A stretch of DNA of 64,000 nt from Candidatus Nomurabacteria bacterium (GCA_052035405.1 JBPOHQ010000003.1:5878-69877); one strand, 5' to 3'; shown: positions 37,725 to 49,225, counted from the first letter of the stretch. A program made the numbers and translations. The notes: generated by a model not told the origin, from the letters alone.

Positions 37725-39875
37725 ATGGACCAAAGAGATTATCCACTAGAGAAAGTTAGAAATTTTGGAATTATTGCTCACATCGACGCAGGTAAAACTA
37801 CTACGACTGAGCGTGTTTTGTTTTATACGGGTGTGTCACACAAGATAGGTGAAGTTCACGACGGAGAGACTACTACTGACTGGATGGAACAAGAGCGAGA
37901 GCGAGGTATCACGATTACCTCTGCTGCGGTTACTTGTTTCTGGACACCTACATACGATCCAAAAAACAAAAATCTAAAACACAGATTCAATATCATCGAT
38001 ACTCCTGGTCACATAGACTTTACAGTGGAAGTAAAGAGATCTCTTCGTGTCCTTGACGGTGCTGTCGTTGTGTTCGACGGTGTTGCTGGAGTAGAACCTC
38101 AATCAGAAACAAACTGGCGTTATGCTGATGAAGCAAATGTTCCTCGTATTTGTTTTATCAATAAACTCGATCGTACTGGTGCTTCTTTTGAACACTCATA
38201 TAAAACTATTCTCGATAGACTTACAAAGAAAGCTGTACGTGTACAGATCCCAATAGGAGTAGAAGATAAGCATGAAGGAGTTATCGACCTTTTGAAAATG
38301 AAGGCATATTACTTTGAAGGTGATATGGGTAATCAGGTGATCGAAAAAGATATCCCAGAAGAATACAAAAAAGAAGCAGAAGGATATCATGCTGAACTTG
38401 TAGAAAAGATAGTTGAGCAAGATGAAGCCCTCATGACTGAATACTTGGAAGGAATGGTTCCTAGTTATGAAACTTTAAAGAAAGTATTACGTAAAGCTGT
38501 TATTGCGAATCAGATTTTCCCAGTCTTCGCTGGATCTGCGTTAAAGAATAAAGGAGTACAGTTAGTGCTTGATGCTGTTGTAGATTACTTACCAGCTCCG
38601 ACAGACATCCCACCTATCCCTGGGGTAAACCCTGATACTGACGAACCTATGGTTCGTAAAGCTTCCGACTCTGAGCCTTTTTCAGCTCTTGCATTCAAGG
38701 TTGCTACTGACCCATTCGTAGGACAAATTATTTTCTTCAGAGTTTATTCAGGAACTCTTGCTGCGGGAAGTTATGTATATAATCCTCGTACACGAAACAA
38801 AGAAAGAATTGGACGTATTCTTCGAATGCACGCAAATGATCGTGAAGAGGTGAAGAAAGTGTACGCTGGAGAAATTGCTGCTGCAGTAGGACTTAAAGAT
38901 ACTATTACTTCAGATACTCTCTGCGATGAAGAAGCACCAGTAGAGTTAAACAGAATTGTCTTCCCAGAACCAGTTATAAACCTTCGCATAGAACCAAAGA
39001 CAAAAGCTGATCAAGAAAAAATGGGTATGGCATTAAATCGTCTTGCACAAGAAGACCCTACTTTTAAAGTGGTGACTGACCAAGAAACAGGGGAGACTAT
39101 TATTGCAGGTATGGGAGAGCTTCATCTTGAAATCATCGTTGATCGTATGAAAAGAGAGTTTGCTGTTGAAGCAAATGTTGGTAAGCCACAAGTAGCATAC
39201 AGAGAGACTATCAACAGTCCTGCTGAAGCAGAAGGTAAGTACATCAAGCAGTCTGGAGGACGCGGTAACTACGGTCACGTAAAGATTAAAGTGAAGCCTA
39301 TGGTTGCTCTTACTAAAGAAGAAATCGAAGACTTACCAAAGAACACAAAGAGAAGTGATGGATTTGAATTTATCAACAGTATCAAAGGAGGTGCTATTCC
39401 TCAAGAATATATCGCTCCTTGTGAAAAAGGATTCAAAGAAGGTCTTGATCGAGGTATTCTTGCAGGCTTCAAAATGGTGAATGTTTCTGTTGAACTTTGG
39501 GATGGATCTTTCCACGAAGTAGACTCTAACGAAATGGCTTTCAAAATCGCAGCTTCTATGGCTATCCAAGATGCATGTAAGAGTGCTCGCCCAGTAATCT
39601 TAGAGCCTATGATGAAAGTAGAAGTAGTTACACCAGATAAATTCATGGGAGACGTTACAGGAAACCTTTCTTCAAAACGTGGAATCATCGAAGGTATGGA
39701 AGATGTGGGAATGAACAAAGTTGTGAAGGCTATTGTTCCTCTCTCCGAAATGTTCGGTTACATGACAGGACTTCGCTCTATGACAGAAGGCCGTGCATCA
39801 TTCACTATGGAATTCCTTCGTTATGATACAGTGCCGAACAACGTAGCTGAGACTATCATCGCAGGTAGAAAATAA
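37725..39875 (+). CDS. fusA: Elongation factor G
   Basis: [36 protein letters not shown]. Confidence 0.98.
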   Translation: MDQRDYPLEKVRNFGIIAHIDAGKTTTTERVLFYTGVSHKIGEVHDGETTTDWMEQERERGITITSAAVTCFWTPTYDPKNKNLKHRFNIIDTPGHIDFTVEVKRSLRVLDGAVVVFDGVAGVEPQSETNWRYADEANVPRICFINKLDRTGASFEHSYKTILDRLTKKAVRVQIPIGVEDKHEGVIDLLKMKAYYFEGDMGNQVIEKDIPEEYKKEAEGYHAELVEKIVEQDEALMTEYLEGMVPSYETLKKVLRKAVIANQIFPVFAGSALKNKGVQLVLDAVVDYLPAPTDIPPIPGVNPDTDEPMVRKASDSEPFSALAFKVATDPFVGQIIFFRVYSGTLAAGSYVYNPRTRNKERIGRILRMHANDREEVKKVYAGEIAAAVGLKDTITSDTLCDEEAPVELNRIVFPEPVINLRIEPKTKADQEKMGMALNRLAQEDPTFKVVTDQETGETIIAGMGELHLEIIVDRMKREFAVEANVGKPQVAYRETINSPAEAEGKYIKQSGGRGNYGHVKIKVKPMVALTKEEIEDLPKNTKRSDGFEFINSIKGGAIPQEYIAPCEKGFKEGLDRGILAGFKMVNVSVELWDGSFHEVDSNEMAFKIAASMAIQDACKSARPVILEPMMKVEVVTPDKFMGDVTGNLSSKRGIIEGMEDVGMNKVVKAIVPLSEMFGYMTGLRSMTEGRASFTMEFLRYDTVPNNVAETIIAGRK

Positions 39876-39916
39876 AATTCTCTTTTTTCTTAACGAGTGT
39901 TATAATAAAAAAATAT

Positions 39917-41458
39917 ATGAATCCTAATACATTAGAAAAAACTAAGTCTTTTTTGTTTCGTAAAAAAATTATTGTGCCTACTTTAATAGTGGTTGCTATC
40001 GTTGGGTTTTTTATTTCCAAAAATGGAGACAACATTACCATAGCAAAAGTTGAATCCAAAACAGGTAATTTGATCCAAACAGTTAGAGCTACAGGACAGG
40101 TAACTTCAGAGACTGACTTAAGTTTATTTTTTAATAAACAAGGTGTCGTAAAAAAAGTAGAAGTAAAAGTTGGGGACAAGGTTGCCCCAAATCAGATTCT
40201 TGCTACTTTAGATTCAAAAAGTGAATACGCCAAAGTAACAGAAGCTCGGGGAGCACTACTTGCAGCTAAAGCAAGATTGCAGAAAGTAATAGAAGGTGCA
40301 ACAAATGAAGAGATAAATTTAGCAAAAGTATCTCTTGCTAATGCAAAGAGAGATTTTGAAAGCACAAAGAAACAACAAGATACATTAGTTGCTAATGCTT
40401 ACAATAAAGTTTTAAATTCCGCCTTTGAAGCTATACCACAAGGTTCTGCTACTAGTGCATCTGCTCCTACTGTGAGTGGGGTATATAAATTAGGCACAGA
40501 AGGAGTGATAAATGTATCTGTTTACAGTACGGGAGATGGTTTAAAGTTTTCTACTACAGGGCTAGTTACTGAAATAGGATCTGTGAGTACTACTACATCT
40601 CAACAAATAGGTAATACTGGACTTTATCTGTTGTTTCCAACAAATTCTAATTTAAGTGGTTCTAATTTTGTTATACATATTCCAAATAAAAATGCATCTG
40701 ATTATTTAGCAAATGAAAATGCGTATAAGTCTGCTATAGAAACTCGTGAAGTTGCTTTATCTTCGGGTACAGCGTTGATAGATCAGAAAAATGCTGAACT
40801 TGATTTAAAACTTGCTAAAGCAAGGAATTCTGACATTGACCTTGCTCGTGCAGATGTTGTTTCTGCAGAAGGAGGTCTTGAGCAAGCACAAGCGAATTAT
40901 GAAAATAATATTATTCGTGCACCCAAAGCTGGTACTGTTACTAAGGTTGATATCAAAGATGGAGAGATTGCTGATGCAAAGACAGGAGTAATAGACATTG
41001 AAGACGTTGAAAATCTATATGTTGAAGTGTTAATAAATGAATCAAATATTGCAAACATAACACTCGATCAACCAGTGGAGGTTACCTTCGATGCTTTAGG
41101 AGATTTAATTAAATTTACGGGAGTAGTTGCGCAGATAGATCCTTCATCAGTAACTACTGATGGCATTGTAAATTATAAGATCAAAGTATCTATTAATGAG
41201 AAAGACCCAAATATCCGTCCTGGTATGAATTCTGAAGTTAGTATAGTTACCCTAAACAAAGCAAATGTTTTCTCTATTCCAAAAGCGGCAATTACAGAGA
41301 GGGATGGAAAATCGTATGTGTTTGTTGTAACAAATGAAAAAAGTAAAAAATACAAAGAGGTTGAGGTATCTACAGGATTAGTCGGAGATGGAAACATGAT
41401 AGAAATATTGTCTGGTGTAACAAATGCAGACTATGTAGCTATAGTTACAAAGAAATAA
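39917..41458 (+). CDS. Membrane-fusion (RND/MacA-like) adaptor subunit
   Basis: Lipoyl half-motifs (GVVKKVEVKVGDKV, IRAPKAGTV), coiled coil, RPGM, IPKAAI. Confidence 0.88.
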   Translation: MNPNTLEKTKSFLFRKKIIVPTLIVVAIVGFFISKNGDNITIAKVESKTGNLIQTVRATGQVTSETDLSLFFNKQGVVKKVEVKVGDKVAPNQILATLDSKSEYAKVTEARGALLAAKARLQKVIEGATNEEINLAKVSLANAKRDFESTKKQQDTLVANAYNKVLNSAFEAIPQGSATSASAPTVSGVYKLGTEGVINVSVYSTGDGLKFSTTGLVTEIGSVSTTTSQQIGNTGLYLLFPTNSNLSGSNFVIHIPNKNASDYLANENAYKSAIETREVALSSGTALIDQKNAELDLKLAKARNSDIDLARADVVSAEGGLEQAQANYENNIIRAPKAGTVTKVDIKDGEIADAKTGVIDIEDVENLYVEVLINESNIANITLDQPVEVTFDALGDLIKFTGVVAQIDPSSVTTDGIVNYKIKVSINEKDPNIRPGMNSEVSIVTLNKANVFSIPKAAITERDGKSYVFVVTNEKSKKYKEVEVSTGLVGDGNMIEILSGVTNADYVAIVTKK

Positions 41459-42732
41459 TGATTCAAAAAAAAGCTCAAAATTCTTTTTCTCAAAACGTAT
41501 CTGTAGGTTGGTTTTTGGCCAAGCGTGAACTTCGTCGTGCAAACATTTGGACAACTTCTCTAATTGTGTTAGTCATGACATTAACTTTTCTCAATTTAAT
41601 TGTTGTCTCAGGAATATTAGTAGGATTAATACAGGGTTCAGAAGATGCTCAAAAGAAATATGCTATCGGTGATATTGTAATTTCACCATTTTTAAATCGT
41701 GCCTCCATACTACAGACTCCAGAAGTCGTGAAAATAGTTAAAACTATTCCAGGTTATAAAAATCACACTGTTAGGTATTCTGGTGGTGCACGAGTTGAGT
41801 CTAATTATCGAGAGACCATAGCTCCAGGAGAAAAACGTGATGGAGCAGGGGCATCTGTCTTAGGGATAGACCCTATCGCTGAAGAGAATTTTTCTGGTAT
41901 TTCAAAGTTTGTCATAAGAGGTAGTTATTTAAGTCCGAGTGACGGTGATAGTATATTGATAGGTAAGAATTTACTTTATGAATTTACTCCTATTGAAGCA
42001 CCTGGATTTCAGACTTTGAAAAATGTAGAAGTCGGTTCACGTGTGAAAGTAACAGCGGGGGAGACAGAAAAAGAGTATTTTGTAAAAGGAATTATTTCTT
42101 CCAAAGTAGATGAATTTGATACCTCCCTTGTTATGATAGAAAGTGAAGCAAGGCACTTGCTTAACAGGACTGATTTAGATGCAAATACTATAGCAATACA
42201 AATACTTTCAGGCACAGATCCATTACAAGCACAGAAATTCTTGTTAGATAGTGGTGTGGGGGAAAATGCTCGTGTGCAAACCGCAGATGAAGCTTTTCCT
42301 AAATTTTTGAAAGACATAAAAGAAACTTTCAGGATACTGGGTACTGTCATTTCTGGCATCGGCCTTGTTGTGGCTTCTATAACCATTTTTATTGTTATAT
42401 TCGTCAATGCTATAACTCGTCGAAGGTTTATCGGAATACTTAAGGGTATAGGTATAAATAAAAAAGCTATTCTATACTCCTATATGTATCAAGCAACTAT
42501 TTATGCCTCACTCGGTATAATTTTTGGTATGATTTTAGTCTTTGGCCTGATTAAGCCATACTTTGCAGCCAATCCTATTAACTTTCCTTTTTCTGATGGT
42601 ATCCTTGTGGCTACTGTACCAGGTGCCATGTCACAAGCATTTATATTACTTATAACAACAATGATAGCTGGGTACATACCTGCAAATATAGTTATTAAGC
42701 AAAATACATTGAGTGCAATCTTAGGAAGATAA
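41458..42732 (+). CDS. ABC transporter permease (MacB/FtsX family)
   Basis: TM - large extracytoplasmic loop - RRRFIGILKGIG - three TM. Confidence 0.88.
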   Translation: MIQKKAQNSFSQNVSVGWFLAKRELRRANIWTTSLIVLVMTLTFLNLIVVSGILVGLIQGSEDAQKKYAIGDIVISPFLNRASILQTPEVVKIVKTIPGYKNHTVRYSGGARVESNYRETIAPGEKRDGAGASVLGIDPIAEENFSGISKFVIRGSYLSPSDGDSILIGKNLLYEFTPIEAPGFQTLKNVEVGSRVKVTAGETEKEYFVKGIISSKVDEFDTSLVMIESEARHLLNRTDLDANTIAIQILSGTDPLQAQKFLLDSGVGENARVQTADEAFPKFLKDIKETFRILGTVISGIGLVVASITIFIVIFVNAITRRRFIGILKGIGINKKAILYSYMYQATIYASLGIIFGMILVFGLIKPYFAANPINFPFSDGILVATVPGAMSQAFILLITTMIAGYIPANIVIKQNTLSAILGR

Positions 42733-42742
42733 ATTAAAAACA

Positions 42743-43423
42743 ATGATTGAAGTAAAAAACCTTAAAAAAATATTCCAAAGTGGTGATCAAGAGATTGTTG
42801 CACTAAACAACCTTTCTTTTTCTGTCCCCCAAGGTCAGTTTTTAACAGTTACAGGGAAGTCGGGAAGTGGAAAGTCTACACTTTTATATCAACTTGGCCT
42901 CTTAGATATCCCTACAAGTGGAGAAGTGTACATAGACGGCACAGAAGCCACTATGCAAAATGAGAGTGCTCGCACCCTTTCAAGACTGAATGATTTAGGA
43001 TATATCTTTCAAGATTATGCGATACTTCCTTCCCTCACTGCTCTCGAAAATACCATGCTCCCGCTTCTTATGCAGGGTTATGATAAAAAAGAGGCAACTG
43101 AAAAAGCTAAAAAAGCTCTCGACAAAGTCGGACTCCTAGATCGTATGAATAACTTGCCTTCAGCTCTATCTGGAGGTCAACAGCAGCGTGTGTCTATCGC
43201 TCGTGCTATATCCCACGATCCAAAAATTATCTTTGCTGATGAGCCTACTGCAAATCTAGACTCTGAAACCTCTCATCATGTCATTGAAGCTTTTGTGAAA
43301 TTAAACCAAGAAGGTCAAACCATCATTATGGTTACTCACGAAGAAGAGTATGCAAAAATGGCTCACCGTACTATCACTATGGCAGATGGGAATATTGTGA
43401 GTGACACTATGAACACAAAATAG
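42743..43423 (+). CDS. ABC transporter ATP-binding protein (LolD/MacB type)
   Basis: GKSGSGKST, LSGGQQQRV, ADEPTANLD, VTHE. Confidence 0.95.
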   Translation: MIEVKNLKKIFQSGDQEIVALNNLSFSVPQGQFLTVTGKSGSGKSTLLYQLGLLDIPTSGEVYIDGTEATMQNESARTLSRLNDLGYIFQDYAILPSLTALENTMLPLLMQGYDKKEATEKAKKALDKVGLLDRMNNLPSALSGGQQQRVSIARAISHDPKIIFADEPTANLDSETSHHVIEAFVKLNQEGQTIIMVTHEEEYAKMAHRTITMADGNIVSDTMNTK

Positions 43424-43508
43424 CCTCTATAAAGCGAGACTTGAATAATATAACTGTTGACTTTTAACTATATATATGTTATTTATTGAGTGAATTAAAT
43501 TCTTCGCT

Positions 43509-43673
43509 ATGTCAATCTATAAAAAATTATTGGAAGCACTAACTGCACGGCGTCACCATGTCGTGTACAGTAAGTTTAAAAAACCGGAGGAACAAACAAG
43601 TCTGTTTCAGCGTATTTCAAAAGCCATGAATTTTTTACAGGAAAAACGCGATCAAACAAAAAAACCCCCGTAG
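43509..43673 (+). CDS. Putative 54-aa basic microprotein
   Basis: MSIYKKLLEALTARRHHVVYSKFKKPEEQTSLFQRISKAMNFLQEKRDQTKKPP; TTGACT upstream; long hairpin + T-run downstream. Confidence 0.45.
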   Translation: MSIYKKLLEALTARRHHVVYSKFKKPEEQTSLFQRISKAMNFLQEKRDQTKKPP

Positions 43674-43700
43674 TTTGAACTTAAGTAGTTTCAATTTAAT

Positions 43701-43764
43701 CCCCTAGACGCTGTGTAGTTGCTCCGCATGAGAGCTTAAGACTACTACCGCTCTGGGGTTTTTT
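43701..43764 (+). terminator. Long imperfect hairpin with U-tract
   Basis: cccc..gtagt..gctc/gagc..actac..gggg + tttttt. Confidence 0.55.
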
Positions 43765-43793
43765 ATTTAGCCATTGTTCATGGACTAGAGGGT

Positions 43794-43821
43794 TTGACAT
43801 TCTTTTCTAATCTGCTATTAT
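43794..43821 (+). promoter_or_regulatory. Promoter of tuf-S10 unit
   Basis: TTGACA-16 bp-TATTAT with extended TG. Confidence 0.7.
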
Positions 43822-43952
43822 AGTCTGTAACTGCACTTTCGCAGTTTTTTAGTTGGTAATTTTAAAAATTTATTATTAGTTTAATTAATTTAGTAATTAG
43901 GCCTTAGCAACACGATCGTATGTTGAGTTCTAGTTAGTAAAACAAAAAATAT

Positions 43953-45146
43953 ATGGCAGAAGAATTTAAAAGAGACAAGCCACACGTAAACGTGGGAACT
44001 ATCGGTCACGTTGACCATGGAAAGACTACATTAACAGCGGCTATTTTAAACGTGCTTAACCTAGCAGGTAACACTGTTCGTATGAAAAGCGTTGACCAAA
44101 TCGACGGAGCTCCAGAAGAAAAAGCTCGTGGTATTACTATCAACATCTCTCACAATGAGTATGAAACAGCTGCTCGTCACTATGCACACATCGATGCTCC
44201 TGGACACGCTGACTACATCAAGAACATGATCACTGGTGCTGCTCAAATGGACGGTTCTATCCTTGTAGTTGCTGCGACTGATGGTGCTATGCCTCAGACT
44301 CGTGAGCACGTTTTGCTTGCAAAACAAGTTGGAGTACCTAAAATTATCGTATTCTTAAACAAGTGCGATACGGTTGATGATAATGACATGATTGACCTCG
44401 TTGAAGAGGAAATTCGTGAACTTCTTACAAAGCAAGGATTCGATGGAAAAGGCGCTCCTGTTATTCGTGGTTCTGCTTTAAAAGCCCTTGAAGCTACAGA
44501 CATAAACGATCCTTGGGCTCAGAAAGTTGTTGAACTTACAAATGCTCTTGATACATATATCCCAGTTCCAGAAAGAGATGTTGCAAAACCTTTCCTTATG
44601 CCTGTTGAAGACATATTCTCAATCGAAGGCCGTGGAACAGTTGTTACAGGTAAAATCGAAAGAGGTGTAATCAAGGTTGGTGAAGAAATCGAAGTTGTTG
44701 GAATTAAGGCTACACAAAAATCAGTTGTTACTGGTATTGAAATGTTCAACAAGAACCTTCAAGAAGGTATGGCTGGAGACAATGCTGGAATCTTGCTCCG
44801 TGGTCTTAAGAAAGAAGATATCACACGTGGACAGGTTCTCTCTAAACCTGGTACAACTACTCCACATGATAACTTCACTGCCGAAATCTACGTATTAAAG
44901 AAAGAAGAAGGAGGACGTCATACTCCATTCTTTAAGGGTTACAAGCCTCAGTTCTACGTACGTACTACTGATGTAACTGGAGAAGTTACTCTACAAGAAG
45001 GTACAGAAATGGTTATGCCTGGAGATACAGTTAAAATTACTGTTAAATTAGTTACTCCTGTTGCACTTGAAGAGTCACAGAGATTCGCTATTCGTGAAGG
45101 AGGAAAGACTGTAGGTGCTGGAGTTGTTACAAAAATTCTTGCTTAA
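43953..45146 (+). CDS. tuf: Elongation factor Tu
   Basis: [45 protein letters not shown]. Confidence 0.98.
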   Translation: MAEEFKRDKPHVNVGTIGHVDHGKTTLTAAILNVLNLAGNTVRMKSVDQIDGAPEEKARGITINISHNEYETAARHYAHIDAPGHADYIKNMITGAAQMDGSILVVAATDGAMPQTREHVLLAKQVGVPKIIVFLNKCDTVDDNDMIDLVEEEIRELLTKQGFDGKGAPVIRGSALKALEATDINDPWAQKVVELTNALDTYIPVPERDVAKPFLMPVEDIFSIEGRGTVVTGKIERGVIKVGEEIEVVGIKATQKSVVTGIEMFNKNLQEGMAGDNAGILLRGLKKEDITRGQVLSKPGTTTPHDNFTAEIYVLKKEEGGRHTPFFKGYKPQFYVRTTDVTGEVTLQEGTEMVMPGDTVKITVKLVTPVALEESQRFAIREGGKTVGAGVVTKILA

Positions 45147-45164
45147 TTTACTTAATTAATTTTC

Positions 45165-45548
45165 ATGGAAAGTACAGAAACAAAAAAGAAGACTAAAGGT
45201 AAGGTTGTTGCGAAAGCAAAAGCGTCAAAGAAGGAAGACGGTACTGTTGTCTTACGTATCCGAGTTCGGGCTTATGAAAGCAAGATCTTAGATGCGTCTG
45301 TCAAACAAATCATCGATACAGCAATGCGGTATGACGCAGAAGTCGTTGGTCCTGTTCCTCTTCCTACTGAGATAAAGAAATACACAGTTAATCGTGCATC
45401 TTTCATCTATAAAAATGCTCGTGAGCAATTTGAAATGAGAGTACACAAGAGATTGATTGATATTGTAAATCCAAACGCAAAAACAGTAGAAGCCCTTACT
45501 AACCTATCTTTACCTTCCGGAGTCGATATCGACGTGAAGATGATGTAA
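45165..45548 (+). CDS. rpsJ: 30S ribosomal protein S10
   Basis: GPVPLPT, REQFEMRVHKRLIDI; Lys-rich N-extension. Confidence 0.96.
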   Translation: MESTETKKKTKGKVVAKAKASKKEDGTVVLRIRVRAYESKILDASVKQIIDTAMRYDAEVVGPVPLPTEIKKYTVNRASFIYKNAREQFEMRVHKRLIDIVNPNAKTVEALTNLSLPSGVDIDVKMM

Positions 45549-45563
45549 GAATAATAAATATTT

Positions 45564-46178
45564 ATGAAATTCATTCTTGGAGTAAAACAGAATATGATGG
45601 AGTATTTTACCGAAGACGGTGTGGTTACTCCTGTAACAATCGTTACTGCTGGTCCTGTCGTAGTAACTCAAGTTAAAACAAAAGCAACAGATGGCTATAA
45701 TGCTGTACAAGTTGGTTTTGGTACTAAGGGTGCTAAAAATATCAGTAAAGCAGTCAAAGGACATTTGAAAGATTTAGGAAACTTTAGATTCATAAAAGAA
45801 TTTAGACTGAAAGAAGAACCAACTCAAAAAGTAGGGGACACAATGAGTATTGCAGACATCTTCGAAGTTGGGGATAAGTTGCAGGTTTCTTCTACTTCAA
45901 AAGGTAAAGGCTTCCAAGGTGTTGTAAAACGTCATGGTTTCCACGGAGGGCCTCGTTCACACGGACAGAAACACTCAGAACGTGAGCCTGGTTCTATCGG
46001 TGGAGGTCTACGTACACACGTTCCAAAAGGAATGCGTATGGCAGGAAGAATGGGATCTGATCGTATCACTCAGAAAAATCTAAAAGTTGTATTCCTTGAT
46101 CAAGAAAATAATATATTGCTTATAAAAGGTGCGATTCCAGGAGTACGAGGATCTTTAGTTGAAATAGTCAGCAAATAA
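45564..46178 (+). CDS. rplC: 50S ribosomal protein L3
   Basis: DGYNAVQVG, KGKGFQGVVKRHGF, MAGRMG. Confidence 0.97.
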   Translation: MKFILGVKQNMMEYFTEDGVVTPVTIVTAGPVVVTQVKTKATDGYNAVQVGFGTKGAKNISKAVKGHLKDLGNFRFIKEFRLKEEPTQKVGDTMSIADIFEVGDKLQVSSTSKGKGFQGVVKRHGFHGGPRSHGQKHSEREPGSIGGGLRTHVPKGMRMAGRMGSDRITQKNLKVVFLDQENNILLIKGAIPGVRGSLVEIVSK

Positions 46179-46189
46179 TTTGAAATAAC

Positions 46190-46852
46190 ATGGAAGCAAA
46201 AATATACAACCAAAAAGGTAAGGAAGTAGAAGCAATAAAACTACCAGCACGAGTATTCGCTGCAAAGTGGCGTTCTGACTTAGTTCACCAAGTAGTAGAG
46301 AGTATGCGTTCAAACAAGCGTGCTGGTACTGCGGACACAAAAGATCGTGGTGAAGTTTCAGGAGGTGGTAAAAAGCCTTGGAAACAAAAAGGAACAGGAC
46401 GTGCTCGTCATGGATCTTCACGATCTCCTATCTGGGTAGGTGGAGGTGTTACTCATGGTCCACTTTCAGACAAGAACTACAAGAGAAAAATCTCAAAGAA
46501 AATGCGTGCTCAAGCTCTTTTCTCAGTACTTTCAAAGAAGCTTAAAGATGGTGAAATAATTTTCGTTGATTCTCTTACTGTTTCAAAAATAAATACAAAA
46601 GAAGGAGTAGAAGTGATGAAGAACTTAGCAAAAGCTACTGGATACAAAGAGATAGCTCTATCAAAAAAACCTCGAGTATTAACTGCACTGTTTGGACGTA
46701 ATGAAAACGCAGAAAAATCTTTCCGAAATATTCCGTCTCTTGATATTGTCTTCTTAAAGAACTTAAATCCACTTGATATCTTAAACCACAAATACCTTTT
46801 AATAGAAAGTCCTACTGAGAGTATAAAATTTTTAGAATCTCGAGGAATGTAA
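46190..46852 (+). CDS. rplD: 50S ribosomal protein L4
   Basis: GGGKKPWKQKGTGRARHGS. Confidence 0.97.
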   Translation: MEAKIYNQKGKEVEAIKLPARVFAAKWRSDLVHQVVESMRSNKRAGTADTKDRGEVSGGGKKPWKQKGTGRARHGSSRSPIWVGGGVTHGPLSDKNYKRKISKKMRAQALFSVLSKKLKDGEIIFVDSLTVSKINTKEGVEVMKNLAKATGYKEIALSKKPRVLTALFGRNENAEKSFRNIPSLDIVFLKNLNPLDILNHKYLLIESPTESIKFLESRGM

Positions 46853-46859
46853 TAAATAT

Positions 46860-47144
46860 ATGGTAAAGAAAACAACAATCTTAATAAAAAATCCTAGAAT
46901 TACTGAAAAGGCTTCTATGGTAGGTGAGCAAAATATCTACACATTTGATGTGTTTGAAAATGCAAATAAAACAGAGATTAAAAAAGCTGTATTTGCGCTA
47001 TACAAAGTGAAGCCTACTAAAGTAAATGTAGTTACCATAAAAGAAAAGCAAGTACGTTCAAGAAAAGGTATAACAGGTACAAAGTCAGGAGGAAAAAAGG
47101 CTATTGTATATTTGAAGAAAGGAGACAAGATAGAACTTGTTTAA
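46860..47144 (+). CDS. rplW: 50S ribosomal protein L23
   Basis: PRITEKA, ANKTEIKKAV, KKAIVYL. Confidence 0.95.
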   Translation: MVKKTTILIKNPRITEKASMVGEQNIYTFDVFENANKTEIKKAVFALYKVKPTKVNVVTIKEKQVRSRKGITGTKSGGKKAIVYLKKGDKIELV

Positions 47145-47161
47145 TATAAATACATAATACG

Positions 47162-48004
47162 ATGAAAAAATACAAACCTACAAGTAAATCACGAAGACAA
47201 ATGGCGACAGTCACCTACAAAGGTGTACTTACAAAAGGTGCAACTCCACACAAATCTTTAACTCATGGATTCAAGCGTAATGTTGGAAGAAATAGTGCTG
47301 GACGTATCACTATGCGTCATAAAGGAGGAGGACATAAGAGACTTTTCCGTGAAGTTGATTTTCTATATAATAAAAAAGATATTCCCGCAAAGATTACTAC
47401 TATTGAATATGATCCTAATCGAACCTCTTTTATTGGTCTTGCAGTATATAAAGACGGTGAGAAGAGATACGTTCTCATTCCAAAGAGTGTAAAGACCGGA
47501 GATAGTTTTATCGTATCAGAAAATGCCCCACTTATTCCTGGAAACAGACTACCTTTAAAAAATATTCCAGTTGGAACATTCGTATATAATATCGAAATCA
47601 AACCTATGGGTGGAGCAAAAATCGCTCGATCTGCAGGAATAGCCGCTCAAGTAGTTGCGAACGCTGATGGATATACAAACATCAAAATGCCTTCAACTGA
47701 AGTGCGAAAGATCAATGAAAAATGTTTTGCTTCTGTTGGTAATCTTTCAAATGAAGAACACCACTTAGAAAACTACGGAAAGGCTGGAAAGAGTCGCTGG
47801 ATGGGTATCAGACCTCGAGTTCGTGGTACTGCGATGAACCCAGTAGATCACCCATACGGTGGAGGTGAAGGACGACAGGGCCGAGGTACAAAGAGACCTA
47901 AGACTATGTGGGGTAAGGTTACAGGAGGACGAAAGACACGATCTCCAAAGAAATACTCAAACGTATTCCTCGTATCTCGAAGAAAAGTTGGAAAGAATAA
48001 ATAA
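47162..48004 (+). CDS. rplB: 50S ribosomal protein L2
   Basis: IEYDPNRT, RGTAMNPVDHPYGGGEG. Confidence 0.98.
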   Translation: MKKYKPTSKSRRQMATVTYKGVLTKGATPHKSLTHGFKRNVGRNSAGRITMRHKGGGHKRLFREVDFLYNKKDIPAKITTIEYDPNRTSFIGLAVYKDGEKRYVLIPKSVKTGDSFIVSENAPLIPGNRLPLKNIPVGTFVYNIEIKPMGGAKIARSAGIAAQVVANADGYTNIKMPSTEVRKINEKCFASVGNLSNEEHHLENYGKAGKSRWMGIRPRVRGTAMNPVDHPYGGGEGRQGRGTKRPKTMWGKVTGGRKTRSPKKYSNVFLVSRRKVGKNK

Positions 48005-48014
48005 TATCTCTAAA

Positions 48015-48049
48015 AATAAAAATCCCTCGCGTTGCGGGGGATTTTTATT
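48015..48049. terminator. Bidirectional terminator after rplB
   Basis: aataaaaatccctcgc-gtt-gcgggggatttttatt. Confidence 0.85.
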
Positions 48050-48788
48050 TGAGAAGAGACCACATGAGGTCAAACTTTTGTATTTCTGAATTACTTATAT
48101 CTTCACTTTCTATAACTAAAGTCATTAATTCTTTGTCGGTGGTGACTATTACAGTTTTGCCTGGAATAATAAAAGTATTCGATTGTATGACAGAGTATAA
48201 CGGTAAATATCTTACACTCCTTAATTCTTCTTCATTTGTGGTTTTTGTTGCTGCTTTTTCTTCGTTCGTATAACAAATCATTTTATACTGTATATTTTTA
48301 GCTATCCTTGTAGGAACAAAGTAATCTCTATCATAGGTAACTCCTATGAATTTATGGGCTTCAGCCAGGGACCCGATATGCCTGACTATGGTATTCGGTT
48401 TTTCTAAAAGTTCTTCTGCGGCTTTTTCAAAACCTTCAACACCGTAGTACATACGTACGATAGGTTTATTTTTTTTATTCTCATCACGCATAGTAGCTAT
48501 TAATTCAGGAACAAGTGCATCAAAAAGGGAAGAGGATTCATGAATCTTTTTTTGTATATATGCTGGGTGTGCAGGACGGATTACTTTCGTGTTTCCTTTG
48601 TTAAAGCGAGTAGCAAAACCACGTGCTTCAAGTCTTTCGACTATGTGGTGCACGGTAATGCGATTGAGTTTTGCCACGGCCGCAATGCGACTTACGGGCG
48701 CTTCACCGGATTTCAGCATTGCTGTGTATACACGAATCTCATTATCCGAGAAACCAAAGTTGTTTAGTATTTTCTTAATATCGTTCAT
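48045..48788 (-). CDS. TrmB-family transcriptional regulator
   Basis: FGFSDNEIRVYTAML...IAAVAKLNRITVHHIVERL HTH; PIVRMYYGVEG; C-terminal KFDLMW; start set at ATG 48788. Confidence 0.85.
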   Translation of the reverse strand: MNDIKKILNNFGFSDNEIRVYTAMLKSGEAPVSRIAAVAKLNRITVHHIVERLEARGFATRFNKGNTKVIRPAHPAYIQKKIHESSSLFDALVPELIATMRDENKKNKPIVRMYYGVEGFEKAAEELLEKPNTIVRHIGSLAEAHKFIGVTYDRDYFVPTRIAKNIQYKMICYTNEEKAATKTTNEEELRSVRYLPLYSVIQSNTFIIPGKTVIVTTDKELMTLVIESEDISNSEIQKFDLMWSLLK

Positions 48789-48799
48789 GTATTTAAAAA

Positions 48800-48818
48800 T
48801 TGTACATATTTTGTACAA
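48800..48818. promoter_or_regulatory. Palindromic operator candidate TTGTACA-N5-TGTACAA
   Basis: Perfect 7-bp inverted repeat between the regulator promoter (TTGTAA-16-TATAGT, minus strand) and its ATG. Confidence 0.55.
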
Positions 48819-48972
48819 CAATAACTTTATTACTATACCATAAAACTCTTTATTTACAAGGTTTATATAGCTGCCCTAATTCTTGTTGGGTATATATGTA
48901 ATTTTACTGTACTTATTTAATAATAAGGATAGATTATTAGAAATATTCGATCTTTCACAAAAACAACATACT

Positions 48973-49161
48973 ATGAAAAACTATTTTAATAGTTGGGATT
49001 CCTTAACCACAGAAATCGAACAAACAAATACAGGAGTGAGGGGTGGTTGTGTTAAAGGAAAACATGGGCCCCACAACCCTAAAGAGAGTTTAACGGTTAC
49101 AGTAAGAACAGAGGAGGTTCAAATCAAAAAATGTAAAACATGTAAGGCGTTATATGTGTAA
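48973..49161 (+). CDS. 62-aa Cys/His-containing microprotein
   Basis: GGCVKGKHGPH...KKCKTCK; ATG 48973; followed by terminator. Confidence 0.6.
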   Translation: MKNYFNSWDSLTTEIEQTNTGVRGGCVKGKHGPHNPKESLTVTVRTEEVQIKKCKTCKALYV

Positions 49162-49186
49162 GTATCTTGAGTGTAGTAGAAAAAAG

Positions 49187-49225
49187 AAACCGGTTTGTCT
49201 TGGAAAGGATGACCGGTTTTTATTT
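49187..49225 (+). terminator. Intrinsic terminator
   Basis: aaaccggtt...gaccggttt + T-run. Confidence 0.7.
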
